A DNA stretch of 64,000 bases from a virus. Lineage: Duplodnaviria; Caudoviricetes. Below are positions 54,837-63,999 of the stretch, in pieces. Under the pieces are notes generated by a model, which was not told the origin of the DNA, made no database searches, and worked only from the letters and a program-made list of their open reading frames with translations. Numbering within the stretch: position 1 is the stretch's first letter; each line of letters opens with the position of its first letter. Location of the stretch: positions 19,693 to 83,692 of the IMG/VR virus record IMGVR_UViG_3300030372_001977; one strand, written 5' to 3'. The position numbers and the translations under genes are program-made.

Positions 54837-57800
54837 CTATCTTAATATTTTTCTTGCACCTACATTCGTAGAGTACAAATTTAGTAAATTATTTGTAACA
54901 TTATCATAGATTAAACGAATTCCTACCCATTTATCCATAAATTTTCTTTTTTTATCCCAATTTTTAGCTAGATCTATAAAACTTGCGTTTACAATCTCAT
55001 GCATACCGTCTACCAGAAACATATTATTTATAGAAGAAGTTGTTACAGTTCCTGTATTAGCTCCCCCAATAACGTTAGTTCCTGCAGGAGTATAGTAAGC
55101 TCCTGTATTAGTTGCTAAGCTTGCTAAATCTCTAAACTGATTTATTTTCCAGTCATTACCAACTCTCCTAACATTGATTAAATATTCTAATTTATCTATA
55201 TTAGCAGAAGTTAATGTTGTACCATCTGCGGTAATTTGTGCTCCCACACCTGTTATATTCTGCCAGTAAGAACCTATACCTGAAATTTGCATTGTATTGT
55301 ATATTACAAAACTAGTAAAACCATGTTCTAAGACACTAATACCTGCCTGATTAAATGTTTCTAAAGTATAGCTTATATTAGAAGTTAGTGTATCCATGCT
55401 TTTAAATTCATTGTGTATAAATTCAAATTCAAAGGCATAGAAGTTAATAGCATTTTCAAACTCTGATCTAGTGTAATAACCATTAGTATTTTCTTGATAA
55501 AGAATACCTTTATTATCTTCAGCGTTGTGTTCCCATATTCCAATATTACAGAATGTAGATCCAACCCAATTAACAGCAGGAGTTAATGGAGCAATACTAG
55601 TTCCAGGTCTTGCATACTTATCAGTTGCAGAATAAAAGTTTATGGATGTATTAAAGTAAATGTAAGGAATATAATCATGGAAGCTGCACCATATTCCTAG
55701 TTCTGGGTAGTAGGATATTGTCCATCCAGTTTTTGTAAAATATGATATGTTATCCCAATCTATAGGTGTCCAGGTGGTTTTAACAATTTGCGGAGGTCCT
55801 GTATTTATTATCGTATTAGCAACCTCATAATAACATCCGCTAGAATTCCATCTAATATCTCCAGTATTATGCCAATTAAAATTACTAGGAAATAGAGTAG
55901 GATCATATGCGTTGTATCCAGTTACAAATAAATGTGTAGGTTTTAAATCTCTTTTAGTTAATAATACTCTTTTGTATTTAGGGTCATAAACACTGTGAAA
56001 GCCTAGTCCTATTATTGGATTATCTATATTACAAGACTGTTCAAATCCATATGCTTCTAATCCCGATCTTAGATTTTCTCTAAACCATTCTTCCATTCCT
56101 AAATTGCTTATCTCTGCTAACTCTTGCTTCATTAAAAATACTTTTTTAGAAGCAACGTCTACAAAAAAGTATCCATATCTAGTAGTTAGTGCTGCATACT
56201 GAGATTGAGTTCCTGCAAAACCACCACTTGTTTGTATTAACTCATCAGGGTCTTGTTGGAATATATCCCCACTTCCTACAAAAGCCTCACTACCATCTTT
56301 CATACTCATTGTTTGTTTACCCTTAGCAGCAAATAAACTTTCTTCCATATGAAAATATAAAAGATTATTAAAAGTAGAAAGTTTCCATAAATCCCCTCTA
56401 TTTTTAGGTAAGTCTTTAAACTGATTAGCTAGAAAAATTCTATAGTTATCAACTAAACTAGTAGGATCAGCCTTAGTGCTTCTATGAGTTCTTGTAGGAA
56501 AATCTGTTTGATTAACTTCTTTTATAGGTAAAGGAAATGCAGGTCTTATAGTATTAAGTTCAGAATAATTACTATTATATCTTAAATTATCAAAGTGCAT
56601 AAAATCTTTAGGGCCTGCATTTCTAAGAATAGATTTAGCTATGCCTTGTGGGAAGTACTGACTATCAGCATCTTCTTGATGTCTAAAGTTAATATTATCT
56701 GTGCTTTCTACTATATGATAATGTATACCTTTTTCAGGTTCTGATGTTAACTCTGATTGATTATGTTTTAGAGCTGTGCTTATTCCATATCTACATATAA
56801 ATGTATCTCCTCCAAATATACCTGTTTGGCTGATATTGATAGGATTCTCATTAAAATCTCTTTGTATTGTATTTTGTAAAGTAGTCACAGAATAGTCTGC
56901 ATTATAATTATATAGTAATCCGGTAGGCCCTTCCCAATCAAAGTTTGCAGCACTACCATTATCTTCAAATATAAAATTATTTAAATCTTGACCTAACACC
57001 TCAAACCCTGTCCAAACTAAATCTTGGTCATCTATAGATTTATATACATCTGTTTTAAAAGCTCTTAAATTTGCAATAGCTGTATTGCTTCTAACCCACC
57101 CATTAGCCGGACTCCAATCTCCATTCCCATCTAAAGTGTTAACAAGTATAGCGTCATTTAAACCACCAATACCATATTCTCCTAAATTAGTATTTTGTCC
57201 GTCAAAAAATCCTGCATTATCTCCTCCTGTTCCCCCACCATCACTTGCACTAGATTGAGTTTGTCCTGGATAACTTCTAAGGTGAGTGTATGCTCCTATA
57301 GCATGATCATTCATTAGCTTAAATACTATACAACTTTCACCAAACTCATTAAATAACTTTCCTCCAAAACCTAAAGCTTTACCTTCAAATATGCTATCTC
57401 CTAATAAATAAGTTTTTGCTTTTTGCCCAATTATTCTAGGCATAGTTAAATATGGGGGAGTTTTATAAATAGCCCCAATAAAAATAGCTGACTTCATATA
57501 TTGAGGGTAACAATTAAATTGTGCATCCCATCCCCAAGTTTCTTCTATTTCATCAATACCTGTAGCACTATTAGTTTTAATCCTAGTAACCATTTTTTTA
57601 TCTTGCTCTAAACCAGGACCATTCCAAACTAAATTTTCTGAGTAGTATTCAATACTTATATGTGTTGCTGCCGCTAAACTATTTTTAGTTCTTAGTAAAT
57701 AAAAATCATGAAAAGAAAATACATTCATAGCGGGATCATCCATGTCTATTGCCCCTACTTGTGTAGGACCTTCATCATAAAAAGGTATATTTGGATAGTC

Positions 57801-60590
57801 TTGCCAGTCTCTCATCCAAGCATCTAAATTATAAAATATTTCAGGCTGTTCTTGCAGTGTTGCTAAAATTTGAGAAGACTCTGCAACTTCGCCTGGCGTA
57901 GTTCCACTTGCAGCTTCTTTACATATTCCTATTCTATCATCTTGTTGTAAACCTGGAATTAAAGGAGCCTGACCTAAAACAGTTCTGTCTGCGTGTGTTC
58001 TTTTAGCATAGTATATTCTAAATCCTTGAACTTTGTTTGCTATTGATCTAGGAACCATAACATCCTCTAATGTAAAACCTAATCTTTGAACAGCATGATT
58101 AACATCAGCATCATTATAATCAGCTAAAGTTGTAGCTCCTGATCCAGAGGTAATTACAAATTCTATAAAACTAAAATTATAACCAAAATCTATACACTGA
58201 TGACAATATGCATTATAACCTGCCTGGAACATAGAACTTCCATTAGCAGTTTCTTTTTGAGATTCTAAATAAATAACATCGCCCGGACCCATAGTAATTG
58301 TTGCTGCTCCAGATGCTCTCCAACTATTATAACCAACCCATAATTGCCCTGATAGCCCACACCCACAATCAGAATTAGCATGACCACAAGAACCACTATA
58401 CGCACCCCCTGTTGCATCACTACCGTTAGTCCAATTAATATCAGGAGTATCTACATCTGATGCCTCAACTTGCCATCCGTTGGCAGCTGTGTTAGATATA
58501 AGCCTAGTTTTTATATCACCGTTAGGATCAGTAGTAGTCTTTTGTCTGTGAACTACTTGCCACCTAACTGTAACAGTCATAGTTTGATCAGCTTTAAAAT
58601 AGTTATTATTAAAATCCCACAAAGCGGATTCCATAGCTGGATCATTTTGAGTTGGTTGCGGTCCAGGATTACTACAAATACCTCCAGCCCTTCTCCCCAT
58701 ATCAAATACATTTCTAGTCCAATTAGAACAACAGTTATACCATTCAGGATGACTATTATTAAAAGTTTGTCTACCCCCATAAATCATAACTAATGTGCCG
58801 TTCCAAGCCGGAATTGTATTTACAGTTCCTATAGATCCTGTAGTTCTGCACTTTCTATCCTCTAAAATAGTTTTATATTCTAGATGTCTATTAGAAGGAA
58901 AATGATGATGCCTAACATTTAAACCTTTTAAGTCATTAGATGTGTATCCACTATTATCCCATATTTCAAAATTACTATTGTCAGGATAAAACTCTGTGTT
59001 GTTTTGCCAGTAGTTCATATTCCTGTAAAGAGCTAAACTCCAGTTATTAGCGTTAGCCCCATCATGACTCCAAGAGTCTAAGAAATGAAATCTTTTAGCT
59101 TGTCCTGTAGAAAGTAATTCAAAATCTGTCCATAGTCCCCCATAAGTATTACCTGCTAAACTAGTTACATCTTCTAATTCATCGTCCTGATATTCTCTTC
59201 CTGGTATATGATAAGCATAGCTCATTGAGCCATCTTTCATAATAAAAGCTATATAAAATGCATATACTTCACCCCTCATATAACCTTTCCACCGAAATGC
59301 ATTAGGGGCATACCTATAAGATTCTGCAGGTTTTGTTTGAACTACAGCTCCTCCAAAATTATCTACAGGAGTACTTCCCCATCCTGTTTGAAAATTATCT
59401 ACTGCTGCAATGTATCTATCAAAGTCGTCAAATGTCCTAACCTCTGGGTAAAGTTTAATATTGTTTGCATATTTTTGATACCCTAAATCTGGAGAGCTAG
59501 TTAAATTACCTAAGTAAAGAACTCCATCTAACTGCTCAATAGTTTTTGCAGTTTCATAAGCTACGGTGTCAATTATTATTTCATTTACTGATGCAGGGGT
59601 AAAACCTTCTAGCCCAGTAAAAGTTATTTTCATTTCTCCCCACTGATCAGTATCTATCTCTATATCGTTTATTCTTAAAGCCTCTGTAGCATCCCCCATT
59701 TTCCTAATAATAACAGGACGAACATATCTATAGTTTGTGTTAAAGTTATTTACTTTCCATGCAATACATTTTGTAGTTTGACTGCCCTCCTTCATACCAT
59801 CCTTTTTAGTAGTAGGTTTAGTAGCGTCAAACTCTTCTACAATAGGTACAGGATTACTAACAGTTAAAAAATTAGTAGCGACATTATCATCATCTACATA
59901 AGCTAAAGCTAGGTAGTATACACCTGTTAGTAAACCTCCTCCAGCATTAACTGATTTTTGATATGGACTAAAAGCCCAATATATATCATGTAAAAATGTA
60001 TGAGGTACTGGTCCGGAATAAGGAAATAAATTTAATATACTTATATCATCAATATTTGCAGAAGTTATTCCATATAACCTTGTAGGATTACCTATTCCTC
60101 CAGATCTTATTTGTCTATCTATATTAAAAGCTCTAGGAGGGTTTAAATCGTCTGTCCAGTAAACTACTAAATCTCCTTTAGAATCTATTTTAAAAGTACC
60201 TTCTATAGGGTGTGTTTCTTGAAAATTTAAATCATTTGTTAACTTACCAGGAGAAAGAATAATAGGATTAAATAGTTTTGTGTACACACCATTTTCCCAC
60301 ATACCTATTTCACTTCTAGGAGCTGTTGCAGGAGGAGAGTAAGCAGTTACAACATCTTTAAGAAATAATACAACTCTATCATCATTAACTTCAACAGCTC
60401 CAATAATTTTTTCTTTTTGTCCAGACGATTCAAAGTTTAAAAATCCAGCAAGCTTTGTTCCTCCTTCATTAGAAATAGAACCTTTCTTTTCATTAAGAAT
60501 TGTATTTTTAGCATATCTCCAACTTCCGGCAGGTTGGTCAATATGCCCAGTATCTTTAAATAATCCTTTTATAAATCTTTTTTCTGCCAT
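54837..60590 (-). CDS. Tail stabilisation/muzzle protein (P22 gp10/crAss muzzle-like)
   Basis: 1917 aa; N-terminus FIKGLFKD...SWRYAKN...ISNEGG; YYLALAY and LYLGNL beta-propeller segments; between ring protein and cargo genes. Confidence 0.8.
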   Translation of the reverse strand: MAEKRFIKGLFKDTGHIDQPAGSWRYAKNTILNEKKGSISNEGGTKLAGFLNFESSGQKEKIIGAVEVNDDRVVLFLKDVVTAYSPPATAPRSEIGMWENGVYTKLFNPIILSPGKLTNDLNFQETHPIEGTFKIDSKGDLVVYWTDDLNPPRAFNIDRQIRSGGIGNPTRLYGITSANIDDISILNLFPYSGPVPHTFLHDIYWAFSPYQKSVNAGGGLLTGVYYLALAYVDDDNVATNFLTVSNPVPIVEEFDATKPTTKKDGMKEGSQTTKCIAWKVNNFNTNYRYVRPVIIRKMGDATEALRINDIEIDTDQWGEMKITFTGLEGFTPASVNEIIIDTVAYETAKTIEQLDGVLYLGNLTSSPDLGYQKYANNIKLYPEVRTFDDFDRYIAAVDNFQTGWGSTPVDNFGGAVVQTKPAESYRYAPNAFRWKGYMRGEVYAFYIAFIMKDGSMSYAYHIPGREYQDDELEDVTSLAGNTYGGLWTDFELLSTGQAKRFHFLDSWSHDGANANNWSLALYRNMNYWQNNTEFYPDNSNFEIWDNSGYTSNDLKGLNVRHHHFPSNRHLEYKTILEDRKCRTTGSIGTVNTIPAWNGTLVMIYGGRQTFNNSHPEWYNCCSNWTRNVFDMGRRAGGICSNPGPQPTQNDPAMESALWDFNNNYFKADQTMTVTVRWQVVHRQKTTTDPNGDIKTRLISNTAANGWQVEASDVDTPDINWTNGSDATGGAYSGSCGHANSDCGCGLSGQLWVGYNSWRASGAATITMGPGDVIYLESQKETANGSSMFQAGYNAYCHQCIDFGYNFSFIEFVITSGSGATTLADYNDADVNHAVQRLGFTLEDVMVPRSIANKVQGFRIYYAKRTHADRTVLGQAPLIPGLQQDDRIGICKEAASGTTPGEVAESSQILATLQEQPEIFYNLDAWMRDWQDYPNIPFYDEGPTQVGAIDMDDPAMNVFSFHDFYLLRTKNSLAAATHISIEYYSENLVWNGPGLEQDKKMVTRIKTNSATGIDEIEETWGWDAQFNCYPQYMKSAIFIGAIYKTPPYLTMPRIIGQKAKTYLLGDSIFEGKALGFGGKLFNEFGESCIVFKLMNDHAIGAYTHLRSYPGQTQSSASDGGGTGGDNAGFFDGQNTNLGEYGIGGLNDAILVNTLDGNGDWSPANGWVRSNTAIANLRAFKTDVYKSIDDQDLVWTGFEVLGQDLNNFIFEDNGSAANFDWEGPTGLLYNYNADYSVTTLQNTIQRDFNENPINISQTGIFGGDTFICRYGISTALKHNQSELTSEPEKGIHYHIVESTDNINFRHQEDADSQYFPQGIAKSILRNAGPKDFMHFDNLRYNSNYSELNTIRPAFPLPIKEVNQTDFPTRTHRSTKADPTSLVDNYRIFLANQFKDLPKNRGDLWKLSTFNNLLYFHMEESLFAAKGKQTMSMKDGSEAFVGSGDIFQQDPDELIQTSGGFAGTQSQYAALTTRYGYFFVDVASKKVFLMKQELAEISNLGMEEWFRENLRSGLEAYGFEQSCNIDNPIIGLGFHSVYDPKYKRVLLTKRDLKPTHLFVTGYNAYDPTLFPSNFNWHNTGDIRWNSSGCYYEVANTIINTGPPQIVKTTWTPIDWDNISYFTKTGWTISYYPELGIWCSFHDYIPYIYFNTSINFYSATDKYARPGTSIAPLTPAVNWVGSTFCNIGIWEHNAEDNKGILYQENTNGYYTRSEFENAINFYAFEFEFIHNEFKSMDTLTSNISYTLETFNQAGISVLEHGFTSFVIYNTMQISGIGSYWQNITGVGAQITADGTTLTSANIDKLEYLINVRRVGNDWKINQFRDLASLATNTGAYYTPAGTNVIGGANTGTVTTSSINNMFLVDGMHEIVNASFIDLAKNWDKKRKFMDKWVGIRLIYDNVTNNLLNLYSTNVGARKILR

Positions 60591-61474
60591 TAGCTTCTAT
60601 ATAAATCTTCTCTTGTATTTAAATGTTCAAATGCTGTATCATGTCTATTTATGTCTGGGATGAGTCTAACCCATTGATTCATAAACGATTCGTATTTATC
60701 TATATCTGGATAGTTAGCTGCATTTCTTGCTTGTGTGCAGTAATATTTCCATTGTTGTTCTGCAAATGTATAATTAATACCATTGTTTTTAATATCTGGT
60801 TTAGATAGTAATATCTTTTTATATATGTACCAAAACATTGCTTCAGAAAAACTAATGTCATCTGGCACCAGTGGGTAACAATCTTCATCTAATGGAAAAG
60901 CCATATAACTTAAACATATTTTACCACTAGCAAAAGATGTTTTTATGTAATCACAATCTATTATATATGTGTCTTCGTAGTTTGTGTTTTCATTAACACA
61001 TCCTGTACAATGCATGCTTTTATGAAATGTACTTGCTCCATACTGCAAAGGCTGTAATTGATTTCTACTTCTAAAGTATACATTTTCAACTACAACTATT
61101 CTGTTATTTATTTCATTTAAAATAGAAGCAGTATCAGCATATGCTATACCGTCATCTTGTGCGCTTTTAATTTGATCTTGTAGTTCTTTTACTCTAGTGT
61201 TTAGTTTATCTAACTCTGTAGAATCAACTGCAGACACGCTGTTATTAATAGCAACTTGATTAATATAATACAAATCAGAAGGCATTAATGTTTTATGATC
61301 TGACACATCTAAAACACATTGTTTTTGACACAGTTGTGCAGAAGATCCTATGTGTTCTAAAGCTTCTCCTATCCACTCTATAGCATCATCAATCCAGTCA
61401 TCGTTATCTGGTTTTAAATCTCTAAAGATTTTTCTAATTATTGTCTTACTAGACTTTGTTTTATATATACTCAT
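60590..61474 (-). CDS. Tail ring/adaptor protein
   Basis: 294 aa; IEWIGEAL...LPxDLYYI and KICLSYMAFPLDEDCYPLVPD...EAMFWYI patterns of crAss ring proteins. Confidence 0.7.
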   Translation of the reverse strand: MSIYKTKSSKTIIRKIFRDLKPDNDDWIDDAIEWIGEALEHIGSSAQLCQKQCVLDVSDHKTLMPSDLYYINQVAINNSVSAVDSTELDKLNTRVKELQDQIKSAQDDGIAYADTASILNEINNRIVVVENVYFRSRNQLQPLQYGASTFHKSMHCTGCVNENTNYEDTYIIDCDYIKTSFASGKICLSYMAFPLDEDCYPLVPDDISFSEAMFWYIYKKILLSKPDIKNNGINYTFAEQQWKYYCTQARNAANYPDIDKYESFMNQWVRLIPDINRHDTAFEHLNTREDLYRS

Positions 61475-61791
61475 TATTCAAATATGTTTGGTATTGGCGG
61501 CTCTAAAAACCCTCCTGTTTCATACGCTTTAGGTTTACAAGTTCCCCCCATTCTGCAATTCCACTTTTTTAAAGATAAACTTAATCTATCTTTACCTGTA
61601 TTGTTGCTAGGCTTTTGTCTTTTACGCATACCCTTCATTCTAGCACAAAAAGATTTTTTTCTTTTCTTTGCTTTTCCTTTAGGGTTCTTTTGTGTAACAG
61701 GTCTTCCTACACCAGCACTCTTAGAGCCTGCTGCAGTTAATCCACCTGTAGGACTTTTACCCGCTTTTCTTTGCCATAGTGGTGTTGCCAT
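61474..61791 (-). CDS. Small basic virion protein (DUF6321-like)
   Basis: WQRKAGKSPTGGLTAAG...RKKSFCARMKGM...SLKKWNC; C-terminal YETGGFLEPPIPNIFE. Confidence 0.6.
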   Translation of the reverse strand: MATPLWQRKAGKSPTGGLTAAGSKSAGVGRPVTQKNPKGKAKKRKKSFCARMKGMRKRQKPSNNTGKDRLSLSLKKWNCRMGGTCKPKAYETGGFLEPPIPNIFE

Positions 61792-61793
61792 GT

Positions 61794-62270
61794 TTAATGT
61801 TTTTTAAATTTTAAATACGCTAAATCATCTTTTTTTAATAGATGTATTAACCTTTCTTTATTTCCCTTTAATCCTCTTGTAGCATCAAACCTGTAAACTG
61901 ACTTGTTTGGAATTTTACATTTACCCTTTCTCCAATAGTATTTACAATAAAACTCATCAGTGTGATATATGTGCCATCTTACCCCTTCACCGGTTTTAGC
62001 ATCATATAAATCTTGACCTTCTTCTAGGAGTTCTTTTTTATATTTATTACTTTCTCCCCAATCTAATCTAGGCGATCTTGGATCTCTTTCTCTCCTAATA
62101 ATAGATAAGGTAGAAAGATTATTACCCATGTTAAATTCTTTACCCTCTAATATATAATCTATTATCATTATATTAAATTCTTGCACAATACTAGTATAAA
62201 TACTTTTATCTATAGTATCATTAGAATCTTTTACATAATTCTCATATACATCTTTTAAGGTATATAACAT
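61794..62270 (-). CDS. IHF-like conserved crAss protein
   Basis: EFNMIIDYILEGKEFNMGNNLSTLSI...YRFDATRG: HU/IHF-like helix plus beta arm; typical position between ring genes. Confidence 0.55.
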   Translation of the reverse strand: MLYTLKDVYENYVKDSNDTIDKSIYTSIVQEFNIMIIDYILEGKEFNMGNNLSTLSIIRRERDPRSPRLDWGESNKYKKELLEEGQDLYDAKTGEGVRWHIYHTDEFYCKYYWRKGKCKIPNKSVYRFDATRGLKGNKERLIHLLKKDDLAYLKFKKH

Positions 62271-62271
62271 T

Positions 62272-62706
62272 TTATATATCGTCTATGTTAGGAATTTTAG
62301 GCTCTAAGAATCCACCAGACTTGTACATCATCTTTTTCATTCCTCCACCCATCATTTTTTTCTTACCACCACCTTTGTACATCATCTTCTTTTTAGAACC
62401 ACCCATACCATAGCTCATAGTAGATTTTTTCTTTTTCTTTTTCTTATGAACTCCTCCATGCTTTTTAATAGTTCCTTTTTCTTTTTTTCTTAGATATATA
62501 TCTGCTTGTGTAATTTCCCCATCTTTATTCATATCAGGAAATCCTCCTTTTTTCTTTGCTGTTTTTGCTGAACGTTCTAACGCTTCATCAGTTACAGTAC
62601 CTTTTCCAGGTCTAGATGTACCACGCTTTTTAGCACGGTTCATGTAGTAGTACAAGCCTTTTTTAGCTGTTCTACCATCTTTAGTTTTATGTGTTCCTTT
62701 ACTCAT
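62272..62706 (-). CDS. Highly basic modular small protein (putative DNA-condensing core protein)
   Basis: 144 aa, Lys-rich; EF-hand-like FPDMNKDGEITQAD; repeated GG motifs; C-terminal YKSGGFLEPKIPNIDDI. Confidence 0.55.
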   Translation of the reverse strand: MSKGTHKTKDGRTAKKGLYYYMNRAKKRGTSRPGKGTVTDEALERSAKTAKKKGGFPDMNKDGEITQADIYLRKKEKGTIKKHGGVHKKKKKKKSTMSYGMGGSKKKMMYKGGGKKKMMGGGMKKMMYKSGGFLEPKIPNIDDI

Positions 62707-62717
62707 TTTATTTAATT

Positions 62718-63410
62718 TTATTTTTTAGTACTTTTTGTTATTGTTTTATCATCTTGAGCTCTATCATTAGCAGTATCGCTAAATGTTCCTGACAGTAACC
62801 CTAATTCTCCGTTTATTAAACCACTGTTAATCATGTTTAACATATCTAAAGGCAAAGGATACTGATCATCATCATTGTAGCATTCTCCTGTAGTGCACTC
62901 ATCAAATCTAGAAACATCTCTAGGATCTTCAAATACACCCCTTACATTAATTGCTTCAAGACCTTCAGCATTATATATATGTAGATGGTCATTAATCATA
63001 TAAGCCTTTAGTTTATCCTTTGTATATTTATCATGAGGTAAAAATTTAACTGTGTTTGGATGTATAAGCGGTATTGTTCCTGTTCCGTGTATATCCCCAA
63101 CATATGAAATTGCTTCTTCAAAGTTATATCTTATAGTCCGTGGAATATGTTTTTTAGTTCTATATACTGTGCAGTTTGTAGGAAGATCACAACACTTAGA
63201 AGCATCTACTGGTTCTAAATATACACACCCTAAATCTTGCTCAATATGTCTACTACTAAATCCATTTCTATTATAATCTCTTCTAATAAACATAGCTCTG
63301 TAGTGCCTAATATTAAATTTAATTTGCTCTAAAGAAATATGCTCATCAGTGTTAGATCTACCTCCTCTAACTAGATTTAGTAAGTTATATGCAATTTCGT
63401 TTAATGTCAT
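62718..63410 (-). CDS. Tail ring/adaptor protein
   Basis: 230 aa; MTLNEIAY...QIKFNIRHYRAMFI, INVRGVFEDP, YPLPLDM patterns of crAss ring proteins. Confidence 0.7.
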   Translation of the reverse strand: MTLNEIAYNLLNLVRGGRSNTDEHISLEQIKFNIRHYRAMFIRRDYNRNGFSSRHIEQDLGCVYLEPVDASKCCDLPTNCTVYRTKKHIPRTIRYNFEEAISYVGDIHGTGTIPLIHPNTVKFLPHDKYTKDKLKAYMINDHLHIYNAEGLEAINVRGVFEDPRDVSRFDECTTGECYNDDDQYPLPLDMLNMINSGLINGELGLLSGTFSDTANDRAQDDKTITKSTKK

Positions 63411-63802
63411 TATTTTTTTCTTTTTTCAAGTGATCGTCCTCCAAAGTAAGCACCTATTACTGTAATAAGTACAAGTTGTAACAAGTCTGTCCACTTAGGT
63501 TCAACGTTAAAATTTATTGTACCTGCGTCTATAAATATCATTAATACAGTACTAATAACTAAAAATATTAATACCATTGGTCTTACATTTTTACTTAACC
63601 ATGAATCACTGTTCATATCAGCTTTCCACCTATCGCTGATTTGTTTTTCCATTTCAATCTCGTAGCTTGCTACAAGTTCTTTTATTTTTCTTTCAGCTTC
63701 AAGCTTTTCTTCTTTTGATGTATGTAAGCTGTCTATAACTCCACCTACATTTTTAACAAGTTCTCCTGCTCCTGCACTGAATATTTTTCCTAATACCCCC
63801 AT
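63410..63802 (-). CDS. Holin (3TM/GTA holin-like)
   Basis: RWKADMNSDSWLSKNVRP followed by two TM helices and GAYFGGRSLEK. Confidence 0.8.
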   Translation of the reverse strand: MGVLGKIFSAGAGELVKNVGGVIDSLHTSKEEKLEAERKIKELVASYEIEMEKQISDRWKADMNSDSWLSKNVRPMVLIFLVISTVLMIFIDAGTINFNVEPKWTDLLQLVLITVIGAYFGGRSLEKRKK

Positions 63803-63999
63803 TATTTTGTTTTTACTTTTTCAAATGCACTAATACCAAAACACCCTAATGTTACTAAAACAAAAGAGTTGTATATAGTATCATTAATAACTAGTTCTCC
63901 ATCTCCTACATATCCCATAAATGCTATGCCTGTAACTAGATCAGCTACAGCAAATAAAACCATAACAGTAAAAGATATAAAACCAACTATATTCTTTTC
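63802..63999 (-). CDS. Two-TM membrane protein, 5'-truncated by the window edge (possible second holin/antiholin)
   Basis: EKNIVGFISFTVMVLFAVADLVTGIAFMG...IYNSFVLVTLGCFGISAFEKVKTK; stop overlaps the holin ATG. Confidence 0.6.
   Translation of the reverse strand, partial: EKNIVGFISFTVMVLFAVADLVTGIAFMGYVGDGELVINDTIYNSFVLVTLGCFGISAFEKVKTK

Noticed and set aside
534-63276. Opposite-strand ORFs in the track (e.g. 534-746, 2141-2344, 3118-3612, 10862-11241, 16159-16617, 33747-47699 plus-strand set, 58470-58793, 61484-61807, 63052-63276)
   Set aside because: They are shadow frames of strongly supported genes, with Ser/Phe/Leu-biased composition and no motifs.
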